Of a stretch of DNA of 40,626 bases, positions 24,442-33,749 are shown in pieces. Both the position numbers and the translations under genes were made by a program. Source of the stretch: a virus; IMG/VR virus record IMGVR_UViG_2885676553_000001, positions 1 to 40,626 of that record; one strand, 5' to 3'. How positions within the stretch are numbered: the stretch's first letter is position 1; each line of letters opens with the position of its first letter. Under the pieces are notes generated by a model, which worked only from the letters and a program-made list of their open reading frames with translations, was not told the DNA's origin and did no database searches.

Positions 24442-24606
24442 TCGACTTCCTCTTTCCTCAGCTTCTTGTCCTTGTGCATCCATATAACCGTCTTTGCGGG
24501 TTCAAACTAAACCGCGCCTATTCGTGTTGGTAGCTCGACAAAACCTGTTAGGCGCTCGCCTGTGGACGCTACGACGTGGTGCAGATACTCACGACCGACT
24601 TAACCA

Positions 24607-24897
24607 TTAGGCTTCACCGCCATCAATAAAATCAATTTGCCCACTTGCCGGCGTTACATCGCGTGGCGGCTGTTGGTCATCTGGTTCATCATCAGTGTTA
24701 AGTTCCGTTTGCCGTGGTGTGAGCTTGAGGAACACCATGTCGGCAAGACAAGCGGCCAAAGCATCACGCTTGCCATCAAGTAGCTTAGCGTCAACTTGGA
24801 ACTTGATTTCGACGAATTGACCATCTTTCGATTGTTTTTCTGCCGTGTTGACGATGTAGCCATAAACATCAATGCTGTTGTCTTTCATTTCAGTCAT
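24607..24897 (-). CDS. Hypothetical protein with an acidic C-terminus
   Basis: 96 aa from MTEMKDN with SD AGGAGGG. Confidence 0.5.
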   Translation of the reverse strand: MTEMKDNSIDVYGYIVNTAEKQSKDGQFVEIKFQVDAKLLDGKRDALAACLADMVFLKLTPRQTELNTDDEPDDQQPPRDVTPASGQIDFIDGGEA

Positions 24898-24910
24898 TAT
24901 ATTTGCCCTC

Positions 24911-25378
24911 CTAATAGGCCGTGGCATCTAGCCACGAATAATTTAAGTTGGTGCATATAAGTGGGTCGTCGTCTTTGCGCTTCTTCGTCACGCTTTGCGC
25001 AATTGACTTGAAGTCGTGCTTACGGACTACGACGGCTTCAACGGGGATGTCAAACTTGTGCAGGAACTCTGCAAACTTCTCTTTTGGCCCGCTATCAATG
25101 CCATACATGCCAAAGCTGTTTTTGACATCGTACACGTGAATCACGGCGTCCTTAGCATCAAAAATTACGAAGTCTGGCGTGTAGCGAATCTGTCGCGCTT
25201 TTACTGGCATCGAGATCACTTTCAGCGGTGCTAACTCAACCGTCGGATGCACGCGGAAATGAAAGCCTGAATTCTTAACGAATCGTGTGTAGAAGTCCGC
25301 TTCCTTTTGACTGTCGAACTTGTATCCGTCAAGACAGACTTTATTGCCACGTTTATTTAAAGCTGTTGGGCTTTTCAT
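24911..25378 (-). CDS. DUF1064-like protein
   Basis: 155 aa from MKSPTAL. The motif GNKVCLDGYKFDSQKEADFY matches my memory of DUF1064. Confidence 0.6.
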   Translation of the reverse strand: MKSPTALNKRGNKVCLDGYKFDSQKEADFYTRFVKNSGFHFRVHPTVELAPLKVISMPVKARQIRYTPDFVIFDAKDAVIHVYDVKNSFGMYGIDSGPKEKFAEFLHKFDIPVEAVVVRKHDFKSIAQSVTKKRKDDDPLICTNLNYSWLDATAY

Positions 25379-25548
25379 GAGGCATCCTTGATCCGTTCCG
25401 AGATTTCCCAAAGTGCGAATAGAATTGCCAATAGTAGCATGCAGATCATTGTATTCGCATTTGAATAGTTAGTTTTTACACCCAGTCGAGGGAACCACAT
25501 TGCAAACATAAACACGGCAAACGAAGCTGCTCTAAAAAATTTACTCAT
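25375..25548 (-). CDS. Small membrane protein (57 aa)
   Basis: ORF below the track cutoff: MSKFFRAASFAVFMFAMWFP.... SD GGGAGG. ATGA coupling to the next gene. Confidence 0.4.
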   Translation of the reverse strand: MSKFFRAASFAVFMFAMWFPRLGVKTNYSNANTMICMLLLAILFALWEISERIKDAS

Positions 25549-25561
25549 CTCGTGCCTCCCC

Positions 25562-25861
25562 CTATATGAAAAAGTGTAGTACGAACATCATTATCCAAAC
25601 GTACAGTGTCGTGAGTATGACGATTATTAGGTCTTCCCAAGTCATTCGGTTGTCGTCGGAGAAGTCTTTTTTCTTCATGATTAGGTAGTTTAAGAATACC
25701 AGAAGACCCCATGTACTGATTAACTTCATCTTTGGTACTCCGAAAGCGCTGACCATAAACGTGTTCCAGCCATACATCGAGACCACCGCATCAAGAAGAC
25801 CCACAGGCACAATGACAAACAGCGTGCCAAGAATGCTAATTTCATGCCGTTTCTCTTTCAT
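25562..25861 (-). CDS. Membrane protein
   Basis: 99 aa with SD GGAGG and three hydrophobic helices. Confidence 0.55.
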   Translation of the reverse strand: MKEKRHEISILGTLFVIVPVGLLDAVVSMYGWNTFMVSAFGVPKMKLISTWGLLVFLNYLIMKKKDFSDDNRMTWEDLIIVILTTLYVWIMMFVLHFFI

Positions 25862-26010
25862 TTATCCGCCTCCATCTTGTCGTCCTTCATCATCTCGTGC
25901 TTGATTGCGTCGGAAGCTTTAGACCACATCGCCCAGACCACAATAATCGCAATCACACCCAAAACAACAATACCGCCGAAAATGATCAACACTACCGCTT
26001 GCCAGCTCAT
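25858..26010 (-). CDS. Small membrane protein (50 aa)
   Basis: Product MSWQAVVLIIFGGIVVLGVIAIIVVWAMW.... Uses the same SD context, ggaggcggataaATG, as the next gene. Confidence 0.4.
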   Translation of the reverse strand: MSWQAVVLIIFGGIVVLGVIAIIVVWAMWSKASDAIKHEMMKDDKMEADK

Positions 26011-26393
26011 TTATCCGCCTCCAGCAGCTCCGGATTCTCAAATATATTCCCGATGACTTCATACTTTGCGCCTTCATCAGTCGCCCAGTCGCTCTGCCTG
26101 CAACGACGCTTGCCGAACCGAATTGAGTATCCATACTGAGCTGTGTATTCAACCCAACCAATCGTATCGTCCGGTGATAAAACCACTTGGTGCAGCTTCA
26201 CGATATCGCCTTCGTAGATTTCCCGCCCGTTCTTGTCGCGAAGGCCGGTGTACTGCATGAGCACAAAATTGTGGTAAACGTCGCCGTATCCTTCTGCGGT
26301 ATCAATGTGCCCACTGTCGTCAGCTTCAAGACGGACGACGTTATCCATCCACTCACTGTCTTTATCCCACACTCTGAACTTAATCTCTCTCAT
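26007..26393 (-). CDS. YopX-family protein
   Basis: 128 aa from MREIKFRVWDK, a typical YopX N-terminus. SD GGAGG. Confidence 0.7.
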   Translation of the reverse strand: MREIKFRVWDKDSEWMDNVVRLEADDSGHIDTAEGYGDVYHNFVLMQYTGLRDKNGREIYEGDIVKLHQVVLSPDDTIGWVEYTAQYGYSIRFGKRRCRQSDWATDEGAKYEVIGNIFENPELLEADK

Positions 26394-26532
26394 CTCGTGC
26401 CTCCACGTCATTTGTGTACACCTGCAGGATAGCAACGATCTCACCAATCGTGAACTCGTCAGCGTTCAGCCCAGCCAATGTTGTGTGACCGTCATTACAG
26501 TTGGCCCAAACTTTCAACTCGTTTACTGCCAT
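26380..26532 (-). CDS. Small hypothetical protein (50 aa)
   Basis: Product MAVNELKVWANCNDGHTTLAGLNADEF.... ATGA coupling with the upstream gene. Confidence 0.35.
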   Translation of the reverse strand: MAVNELKVWANCNDGHTTLAGLNADEFTIGEIVAILQVYTNDVEARDERD

Positions 26533-26894
26533 CAGTCCTCTGCCTCAAATTTCACAATTTCTCCGCTTTCCTCAACACGCCAGACACCTAGCAACCATGC
26601 AATCGCGAAAGCATCGCTGTTGCTGATAATCCAATCCTCTACTTCATCGGTGAACTTACTAAATCCTTGCCTTCGAACGAACTTGAAGCTGTACATCATG
26701 TAGAGCTGAATATCGTATGACTTACCCCACTTGATGTATTCACCAACCGCTTTCGGAATCACCGGCGGATTATCTGGCAAGGCGGCTTCATAACGTTTTC
26801 TAAGGCCATCTGCAAATTCTGGACCATCTGGGGCAGAAGTCTCAATGTTGAATGCCGCGTCATCGAACACGTCCCGATTCGTCTCATTGCTCAT
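26532..26894 (-). CDS. Hypothetical protein
   Basis: 120 aa with SD GGAGGTGA. Confidence 0.55.
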   Translation of the reverse strand: MSNETNRDVFDDAAFNIETSAPDGPEFADGLRKRYEAALPDNPPVIPKAVGEYIKWGKSYDIQLYMMYSFKFVRRQGFSKFTDEVEDWIISNSDAFAIAWLLGVWRVEESGEIVKFEAED

Positions 26895-27060
26895 CGTCAG
26901 TCACCTCCAACTGTTCCTTGTTGTCATCGATAATACGTTGATAGCCGTTGTGGGCTTGCCATGCGCAATCATACAGACCACACAGATCAAGCTTGCCGAT
27001 TGCATTGTTCGCGGCATCGATGGCCTTTTGTGCCGCGTCTATGTCAGCTTTAGTCGTCAT
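26884..27060 (-). CDS. Small hypothetical protein (58 aa)
   Basis: Product MTTKADIDAAQKAIDAANNAIGKLDL.... Fills the gap between flanking genes. Confidence 0.35.
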   Translation of the reverse strand: MTTKADIDAAQKAIDAANNAIGKLDLCGLYDCAWQAHNGYQRIIDDNKEQLEVTDDEQ

Positions 27061-27556
27061 AGTGGATTACCTCTTCCCGTTCGCAGTCCTGCAAGCCCCA
27101 TGTATTGATTTCTTCCATGGAAAACTTTTTAGCGAGATCTTGGATATAAGTAGCATCCAGCTTGTCGCTAGCATTGATTAAGAACCATAGGCCGCCTTGA
27201 GCCTGCACTAGTGGTACCTTGACGTTGTACAGGGCTTCTTTCCTAGCTTCCCAGCCGTAGCGGTAAGCGTCGGCGAGAATACCAATAAGCTGTTCACGAT
27301 CACCGAGCATCCACACTCTCGTGGCGCGCAGTTCCTTCGAGTCAATCACGTCATGTAAGTAGTCGAGTAGATCGATGTCTTCATCCTGATAATCTTCGAG
27401 TTCTTCCCCCACCTCGCGCGGTAGTTTGACTTTTGGGTGATCAACGGTGAGACCGAAAATAATGTGCTCAAAATGTTCACGTAAGTCTGACTCCGTGATG
27501 CAGTTATCTGCCGCGATCATTAGCTCTTGAACAGCTTCTTCTTTACTGATTGTCAT
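27050..27556 (-). CDS. Hypothetical protein
   Basis: 168 aa from MTISKEEAVQ; the longest ORF reaches 27601. Confidence 0.55.
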   Translation of the reverse strand: MTISKEEAVQELMIAADNCITESDLREHFEHIIFGLTVDHPKVKLPREVGEELEDYQDEDIDLLDYLHDVIDSKELRATRVWMLGDREQLIGILADAYRYGWEARKEALYNVKVPLVQAQGGLWFLINASDKLDATYIQDLAKKFSMEEINTWGLQDCEREEVIHYDD

Positions 27557-27920
27557 TTCGTTTCCCTTTTTTCGGCAATTCGCCATATTTACGGGCATCA
27601 CTCACATGCCGCTGGACGACACTATAGCTGTACCCCATTTTTTCGACGACCAAGCTGAGACTGCCTAGCTCACGATACCCATTAACGATTGCCTCGTGCT
27701 TAGCCATTTCCCTTGCGCGATGAATAGCCGTCAGCCGTGCGATACGTTGCTGTGCCTCTGCGTGTTTTATCTATGCGTCAGTCCGACCACCGTTGGCAAT
27801 CTTATGAGCTGCTAGTAAGTGTGGATCATCGTCGGGTGCATTTAAGATTGACCCATACACAGACTCAATCGCATGAATCTCGTGCATTAAAGGTGTTTCA
27901 GTGCTAATCATTCTCGCCAT
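27543..27920 (-). pseudogene. Small HTH-like gene interrupted by a single in-frame TAG
   Basis: ATG at 27920 preceded by SD GGAGG. 49 codons, then TAG at 27771-27773, then 75 more sense codons in the same frame (…GSLSLVVEKMGYSYSVVQRHV…) to the TAA at 27543. Confidence 0.45.
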
Positions 27921-27940
27921 AATGACGCCTCCTGTGATTT

Positions 27941-28255
27941 TTATCTAATCTTGGCTAGATAGCCTTGCCACTTCTTTTCTGTCTCCCTAAGCCATTTCTC
28001 GGCCTTTGACGGCAAGTAGTCGAGCACTGGCTCAATCACTTGGCCGTGCTGTTTTTCAAACTCAGCCGTTTCCAGAGCGTCTAGCTGCGCCGCGTATGCC
28101 CTGGCGTACTCGGTGCGACTATCGTCACGCTTGGCTAGCTGCATGTGATCAGCCGCTTCATCTAGCTCGGCTATGACCAGGAGCGAGTACTTAAACCCGC
28201 CCTCGCGCATGTAGCCGTCAAACTCTTGCAGACTCATCTTTGGTGTACTAGCCAT
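27941..28255 (-). CDS. Hypothetical protein
   Basis: 104 aa from MASTPKMSLQEF with SD GGGGTGG. The start overlaps the helicase stop. Confidence 0.5.
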   Translation of the reverse strand: MASTPKMSLQEFDGYMREGGFKYSLLVIAELDEAADHMQLAKRDDSRTEYARAYAAQLDALETAEFEKQHGQVIEPVLDYLPSKAEKWLRETEKKWQGYLAKIR

Positions 28256-29504
28256 AAGCCACCCCAAAGCGCATCTTGTCGGCTTCAAAGGTCATGCGAA
28301 TGTCTTGCAAGCTGCCTTCACGATTTTTCTGGACTGAGAAGATGACTGAACGAATCTTTTCATGCGTCTGGCTACGATCTTCGTTGTACAGGAAGCCCAC
28401 CGCATTGCTGTCTTGCTCAATCGAACCTGACTCCCTCAGGTCGCTGAGCATTGGCCGCGTGCTTTGCCGTTGCTCGATATTGCGTGACAACTGGCTGAGT
28501 AACAGAATCGGAATATTTAGCTCATTTGTCATCACCTTGAGCTCACGTGTGATCTGCTCAATCTGCAAGCGCCGATCAGGCTGATGTGGCACGGTGATCA
28601 AGCCCAGGTAGTCGACTACTGCCAGATACTTGTCTTTAGCAGCCGCTGACCTTTGCCGGATCACCTTTTCAATTTGCTGTAAGGTGGTGACCTTATCCCA
28701 AAGTCGCAAGTCATACCCGCTTAGGACCGTCCCTGCTGTGCGCACGTCGTCTTTTTGCTTGGCCTGCAACATATCGGGATCAAGCATCGAGCGACCAGCT
28801 ATGCCAAGATATGAGCTGATAAGACGGCTGTAATTTTGCTCGTTTGTCATCTCAAGGCTGAATAGGTCGATAGTCATTTCGGGTTGATGGCTCAGCGCCT
28901 GCAAAATCAGATTGATGGCAAACGCCGACTTGCCGACACCTGGTCGAGCACCGACTGTGATCAAGCGTCCTGGCATCAATCCACCGCCAAACACGGTGTC
29001 GATCGGAACCAGCGTCTTCACGCCGTCGTCGACGTGGTGGTCAAGTCGCTCATCCATCTCAGCGGCAAGGTCGGCCATTGTCACCTCGCGCACGTCGCCG
29101 TCATTGGCTGTGCTGTCCTGTGCGACCTGCATCAAGTCATCTAATCGCTCATCACTAGGGTCTTTGGCGTAGTCGATTGCCTTAGCCTTAGTACGCTCAC
29201 GGAAGTACTGACGCTTGAGTGCTCGTGTCCAACTATGCAAGCCACTAATGACTACATCCCCAGTGATGATCCAATCCCACACCTCACGCGGCAATAAGCT
29301 TGGGTGAGTCGCATCTAATCGGCTGCGCATCTCGATGTAATCCATATCGCCGATGGATTCTTGCCGATTGATAAAGTCCACCAGCGTGCCCAGGGACTTG
29401 CTACGCATCCATTCCGGATCTATCCATTCGGACTTGACCAGCTCTGGCTTTTTAGTGATGCAGTAGAGCACGTGCCAGCGTGGATCATCTGGATTGTGAT
29501 TCAT
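28248..29504 (-). CDS. DnaB-like replicative helicase
   Basis: 418 aa with Walker A GARPGVGKSAF, the FSLEM motif and a RecA-like C-terminal domain. Confidence 0.9.
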   Translation of the reverse strand: MNHNPDDPRWHVLYCITKKPELVKSEWIDPEWMRSKSLGTLVDFINRQESIGDMDYIEMRSRLDATHPSLLPREVWDWIITGDVVISGLHSWTRALKRQYFRERTKAKAIDYAKDPSDERLDDLMQVAQDSTANDGDVREVTMADLAAEMDERLDHHVDDGVKTLVPIDTVFGGGLMPGRLITVGARPGVGKSAFAINLILQALSHQPEMTIDLFSLEMTNEQNYSRLISSYLGIAGRSMLDPDMLQAKQKDDVRTAGTVLSGYDLRLWDKVTTLQQIEKVIRQRSAAAKDKYLAVVDYLGLITVPHQPDRRLQIEQITRELKVMTNELNIPILLLSQLSRNIEQRQSTRPMLSDLRESGSIEQDSNAVGFLYNEDRSQTHEKIRSVIFSVQKNREGSLQDIRMTFEADKMRFGVAYG

Positions 29505-30430
29505 TGTTCCCCGTCCTCCTTCGTCTGAAATTGTGTCAAAGCTGCGCGTATCTCAGCTTCTGACGCCGGCACTCCCTCGCTCTTGGCAGTTGCGACCACC
29601 TCATCAATCGAACGGCTTAGGCGATAAGCGTCAGTAGCCCACTCAGCCACAGAAAACGTGTGCGGGGTTTCAAGTACCGGTTGTTCAGGGACAAAGCCCC
29701 CACCCTCTTGATTCATCTTCGCAGTCAACTGATCGAATTTTTCTCGCAACTTTTTTGCGCTCAAGATGTTGGAACTCCAAAAGCTGTCATTCTGCGACCA
29801 TTGGATCAACATGCCAATATCCTTCCACGATCGGTTATCACGTTCGTGCATTAGCCGGAAAACATCAGCCCACTTCTGCAAGTCCTGTTGCTTCGCCTTG
29901 GGATTATTACGTTGGATCAGCTCCCACAATTTGGTTGCCGCGCGAAGCTCCTTAGACTGTTCGTCGAAAGTCCGTTTTGCGGACTTGTGACTAGAAGGTT
30001 TTACTTCTTTACTTCTTACATTCTTGTTAGGTGTCAATTGATTGTCAGTTGATTGTCGATTAACTGTCAGGTCGTTTGTCGTTTCATCAGTTGAAAGCTG
30101 GTATTTTGCCCAGTTAGCAATGGTTACAAGGCGTCCTTGCTTTGTCGATTCGTTTGTCAAAAAACCAAGTTTTTCAAACTTGTCGAGAGATGTACGAATT
30201 GCCCTTACGCTGACACCGTTCCCCGCTTTTAGCTTGATTGAATCCAATGACGTTCGGAACTGGCCTGGCTTGGCATGAAACTTTTCGCCTTTCCACACCC
30301 ACTTGCGTTCAGCGTGGTTTGCCATCAGCAGAAGGGTGATCATCACTGTTTTTTGAACCGGTGTGCAGTCCAGCCACAGCTCATCGTCAAGCAACGAACG
30401 ATAAAGCTTTATCCATCCCCCGTCTGCCAT
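29501..30430 (-). CDS. Replisome organizer / DnaD-like replication initiation protein
   Basis: 309 aa with a winged-helix-like N-terminus (WIKLYRSLLDDELW). Iterons lie inside the gene, and it is coupled to the helicase gene. Confidence 0.7.
   Translation of the reverse strand: MADGGWIKLYRSLLDDELWLDCTPVQKTVMITLLLMANHAERKWVWKGEKFHAKPGQFRTSLDSIKLKAGNGVSVRAIRTSLDKFEKLGFLTNESTKQGRLVTIANWAKYQLSTDETTNDLTVNRQSTDNQLTPNKNVRSKEVKPSSHKSAKRTFDEQSKELRAATKLWELIQRNNPKAKQQDLQKWADVFRLMHERDNRSWKDIGMLIQWSQNDSFWSSNILSAKKLREKFDQLTAKMNQEGGGFVPEQPVLETPHTFSVAEWATDAYRLSRSIDEVVATAKSEGVPASEAEIRAALTQFQTKEDGEQ
30031..30081. repeat. Putative replication origin iterons (TGTC(A/G) phased at 11 bp; consensus TTGATTGTC)
   Basis: Units ttgattgtca (30038), ttgattgtcg (30049), ttaactgtca (30060), tcgtttgtcg (30072), plus gtgtca at 30031. 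All lie inside the replisome-organizer gene. Confidence 0.55.
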
Positions 30431-30440
30431 GTGATCACCT

Positions 30441-30629
30441 CTACTTCCATTCGATTACGACCCGAAAGCCTAACACCTTGCCTAATGCGTTCAGGGTTTT
30501 CATCTTTGCGTTGCGTGTTGTTGTTTCAATTGTGCAGATAGTTGACTGGGGCACGCCGGACTTATCTGACAGTTCTGATTGCGACAATCCGAGTGCCAAA
30601 CGACGGTTACGAATTTCATATCCTGTCAT
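30441..30629 (-). CDS. XRE-family HTH protein
   Basis: 62 aa. IRNRRLALGLSQSELSDKSGVPQSTICTIE is a classic HTH_3 pattern. Confidence 0.7.
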   Translation of the reverse strand: MTGYEIRNRRLALGLSQSELSDKSGVPQSTICTIETTTRNAKMKTLNALGKVLGFRVVIEWK

Positions 30630-30654
30630 AGTTATTCACACTAACTTTTAGTAA

Positions 30655-31218
30655 TTAAAACGGCAAATCATCATCTGACACGTCAATAGGTTGCCCGTCG
30701 TTTGCGAATGGGTCACTGGTGTTGGCGCTTGATTGCTTACCACCAAAACCACCATCAGCCACGTTACTTTGTGCTGGACGCTTAATGCCATCTGGCTTGC
30801 TGCCATCTTTGTCTAACTCGTTGAATCCAAAGACGTTCAGATAAATCTTGCCTTTGTTATTCGGCTTGCCCCATTCAGTGGTGACGTTGAGCTTCTTGCC
30901 ACTGATTCCTTTGGCAAACGTTTCGATTGAATCAATCTTTGTGCCTTTCTTGACACCCATAGCTACAAGCATGGTGTTGAAGCGAGTTTCAGACTTCTTT
31001 TCAGTGTCCGTTGAAGTTTCATCCCAGACCAGATTTTGATAGCGAATTTGAGCGCCTTTGTAGGCACCATCTAAGACGGTGTAATCGATGCTGACCATCT
31101 CGTTACCGGACTGTGCCCGCTTAGGTTCTGCCTTCGATACAGTGACGTTGTAGGTGCCTGATTCTTCGACGAAACTCCCGAATGTGTTGTCGGGATCAAC
31201 AGTAAATCCAAATGCCAT
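30655..31218 (-). CDS. SSB-like protein (DUF669-like) with a C-terminal DDDLPF tail
   Basis: 187 aa. The C-terminus ...DVSDDDLPF mimics the conserved SSB acidic tip. Sits in the recombination module. Confidence 0.65.
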   Translation of the reverse strand: MAFGFTVDPDNTFGSFVEESGTYNVTVSKAEPKRAQSGNEMVSIDYTVLDGAYKGAQIRYQNLVWDETSTDTEKKSETRFNTMLVAMGVKKGTKIDSIETFAKGISGKKLNVTTEWGKPNNKGKIYLNVFGFNELDKDGSKPDGIKRPAQSNVADGGFGGKQSSANTSDPFANDGQPIDVSDDDLPF

Positions 31219-31220
31219 GA

Positions 31221-31874
31221 TTAATTACCTTCCTTTTCTTCTGTGCTTGGGTCTAACAGTTCATCGGCTGGAAACTCCAACCGGTCATCAATTCGGTTCT
31301 TGCCGTGATCACCTTGTTCAGTGTCACAGTTGATGGTGCGAACACCACCCTGTTTGTAAATGCGACCAACAAAGTCAAACGATGCAGTGAATCCAGAGAA
31401 TGCGCCGAAATTCATGGCTGGCTCGAAGCCTGTACCATCTTTCTGATCGGCTTGGTGTGCTGTCGCATACACGGTCATACCGGATTCGCGCAAATAGGTG
31501 CCAAACTTGCGAAACCACATTTGCATATCACGATAGTTGGCTCGACCATCATTAGACGCCACCGTGTTGTCTAGCACCCAATCATGCAGAGCGTTGACAC
31601 AATCGAAACAGATAGCCTGATATTTGCCACCGTCGATAGCCTTGGCCGTTGAGCGTTCCACCAGCTTGCGAATATTGGGCCCATCTGACTGCTCAAACAC
31701 TAGTGCATCGATGTTGTCATCGGGCCTGATCGGGTTGGTTGACTGGTCAAAGCTGAACAGCATCTTGTGACCTGGAAACTTGCGAAACAGTGACGTCTTA
31801 CCAGTGCCACCATCGCCATAGATGAAATACATGTGCGGCGTCACCGGTAGTTGTCCCGATGGATAATACTTCAT
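31221..31874 (-). CDS. Sak4-like RecA-fold ATPase (single-strand annealing/recombination)
   Basis: 217 aa from MKYYPSG with Walker A GDGGTGKTS. ATGA coupling to the upstream gene. Confidence 0.7.
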   Translation of the reverse strand: MKYYPSGQLPVTPHMYFIYGDGGTGKTSLFRKFPGHKMLFSFDQSTNPIRPDDNIDALVFEQSDGPNIRKLVERSTAKAIDGGKYQAICFDCVNALHDWVLDNTVASNDGRANYRDMQMWFRKFGTYLRESGMTVYATAHQADQKDGTGFEPAMNFGAFSGFTASFDFVGRIYKQGGVRTINCDTEQGDHGKNRIDDRLEFPADELLDPSTEEKEGN

Positions 31875-32758
31875 TCGCGACCACCCTCTGACCAAAAGTC
31901 ATAGCCCTTTAGCCGCATGTAGTTGGCAACGTCTTGAGCTTGGGCAAATGTGCCATTCATACCGAAGTGATAGTCGGTAACTACATCAGCCGCGCTCTTA
32001 GGCGTTTCGGTGACAACCTCACCCGTTTCAGCATCAATAGTCTTATCGCCTACCTGTTGCTGTTTTGCCTTGGCGATAGCTTCCTCAGCTTTCTTACGTT
32101 TGGCTTCTTGTTCAGCCTTGAGATCACGTTCATCAGCTGCCTGGGCGATGCCATCTTTGATGCGGTCAATCGAAACACCCTCATCGACTTGCACAAGCCA
32201 GCCACTAGGGTCAATGTTGTTGACCTTGGCGTACATTCCAACGAGTTCACGTTCAGTAGCCACGCGCTTACGTTCAGCGATCACACCATCCGCTGCGGCC
32301 GCCATCTGCTTGAGGCGTTCAATCTTTGACAATTGAGTGCCAAACCAAGCGTCTTGCATTTCGACGTCATCAGGCTTGAGGTCGCGAGCTTCCAAAATAT
32401 CGTTGAGGTCTTTATTAGCCATTACACGGCGTTCACGCTTAGCTTCTTCGGCATACTGATCGAGTGCATCCTTGATAGGTTGCTTAGCGGCTTCCAACGA
32501 CGCCTTGAGCTTGTCAGTAGACGCTTTGAACGCGTTGTAAGGCTCGTTGTACTCTTTCTTGATAGCTTTGCGAAAGTCCTCAATTTGCTTGATAGCGGCG
32601 TTTAATTCGGCCTGTGACTTGCGAGCTTCGGTAGTGGTGTCATCAGTGACGACCATGCCTTTATACTTATCAGCAAGCACGGTCACTGACTTAGCCAGGT
32701 CATCGAAATTGCTGATTTCGAGCTTGGCCGGTTTATAAATCGGTTTGATTTCTAACAT
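31871..32758 (-). CDS. DUF1351-like protein
   Basis: 295 aa, coiled-coil rich. Occupies the conserved slot upstream of the Sak4-like ATPase. Confidence 0.55.
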   Translation of the reverse strand: MLEIKPIYKPAKLEISNFDDLAKSVTVLADKYKGMVVTDDTTTEARKSQAELNAAIKQIEDFRKAIKKEYNEPYNAFKASTDKLKASLEAAKQPIKDALDQYAEEAKRERRVMANKDLNDILEARDLKPDDVEMQDAWFGTQLSKIERLKQMAAAADGVIAERKRVATERELVGMYAKVNNIDPSGWLVQVDEGVSIDRIKDGIAQAADERDLKAEQEAKRKKAEEAIAKAKQQQVGDKTIDAETGEVVTETPKSAADVVTDYHFGMNGTFAQAQDVANYMRLKGYDFWSEGGRE

Positions 32759-32997
32759 TATTTTGTCTCCTTGATATAGCCTTTACGCGCTAAATACTTA
32801 ACCAGCCATTTTTGCGCACCATTTCGAGTTCGAATGTTTCCGGGAAGCATAATGGGCGTTACTCTGTTTACGCGGTAATCTGTGAAAAACCAATCACCGT
32901 GTAAACAGTCCAAAAGTCCGAGCGCATCATCATTCAATTCGACATACGCGGAAAATTCATGATTAAGGTCAATTCCGCTGATGATCAATACATTCAT
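32758..32997 (-). CDS. Hypothetical protein
   Basis: 79 aa with SD GGAGAG. Confidence 0.5.
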   Translation of the reverse strand: MNVLIISGIDLNHEFSAYVELNDDALGLLDCLHGDWFFTDYRVNRVTPIMLPGNIRTRNGAQKWLVKYLARKGYIKETK

Positions 32998-33030
32998 GTG
33001 CTATACTCTCCTTGTTAGAGTTACCTGCCA

Positions 33031-33285
33031 CTAGTTGCCGCTAGTGGCTTTTTGTTCCCAGTGAATCCAAGTTTTACTACCACCAACTTCGTCAGTTTCG
33101 AACCCGGAGATGATCAATTCTTTCAGTTCTTCATCGGTGACGTAGGCTAAGGTAATTTCGTTGCGACCATGGTAACTTGCCATCTGGATGGCTTGCTGGA
33201 CGTTGTATGCATGCTGAAGTTTCAACGCTTCACTGGTTTTCTGCGCGGTTGCTTCAGCGGTAAAGCTTTCGTCGAATAATCTCAT
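33031..33285 (-). CDS. Hypothetical protein
   Basis: 84 aa with SD GGGGAAG. Confidence 0.5.
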   Translation of the reverse strand: MRLFDESFTAEATAQKTSEALKLQHAYNVQQAIQMASYHGRNEITLAYVTDEELKELIISGFETDEVGGSKTWIHWEQKATSGN

Positions 33286-33392
33286 TTGTCTTCTTCCCCT
33301 TCAAAATCAAAACATTCACGCCAACCACCGGGCCAGGTGATAATCATGCGGATAAACCAGACCAACCCTGCTAATGCGATTAAATCCATCAT
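33282..33392 (-). CDS. Small membrane peptide (36 aa)
   Basis: Product MMDLIALAGLVWFIRMIITWPGGW.... ATGA coupling on both sides. Confidence 0.35.
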   Translation of the reverse strand: MMDLIALAGLVWFIRMIITWPGGWRECFDFEGEEDK

Positions 33393-33703
33393 TTACTTAC
33401 CTCTCTTGCAATCTCACTAAAGTGATCTCGCATGAAGTCACTGAAAGCCTTTGGCTCAAACCGCCAGCCCATCTGGCCATGGTAGTTGAATGCGAACCCG
33501 TCAAGTTGTCGTTGGAACCGCGGCTGGTTGAGGATGTGCTCACTCAGCCAGGTTGGCGTGATGCCATAGCGTTCTTGCACTTCCTTCGCTGACCACCAGC
33601 GTCGGTAGTCAGGTTCGTGCTTGAGCTGGTCGGCAACGGCTCGATCCACGGCTGTTTTGATTGCCTCCTGAATTAATGGCATCAGGTCTAATGTGGGTGG
33701 CAT
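33389..33703 (-). CDS. DUF771-like DNA-binding (excisionase-like) protein
   Basis: 104 aa from MPPTLDL with SD AAAGGAGG. WWSAKEVQERYGITPTWL resembles an excisionase-type HTH. Confidence 0.45.
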   Translation of the reverse strand: MPPTLDLMPLIQEAIKTAVDRAVADQLKHEPDYRRWWSAKEVQERYGITPTWLSEHILNQPRFQRQLDGFAFNYHGQMGWRFEPKAFSDFMRDHFSEIAREVSK

Positions 33704-33720
33704 ATCTGATGCCTCCTTTT

Positions 33721-33731
33721 TGTGAGATAAT
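33721..33731 (+). promoter_or_regulatory. Extended -10-like element TGTGAGATAAT upstream of a plus-strand moron
   Basis: Identical 11-mer to 21237-21247, located 19 nt upstream of the ATG at 33750. Confidence 0.4.
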
Positions 33732-33749
33732 TTTGATGAGGTGATTTCA

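Noticed and set aside
25919-26161. 80-aa minus-strand ORF overlapping the YopX-like gene and the 50-aa membrane ORF
   Set aside because: It is in an alternative frame across two better-supported genes, has no SD, and gives an Arg/Ser/Cys-rich translation.
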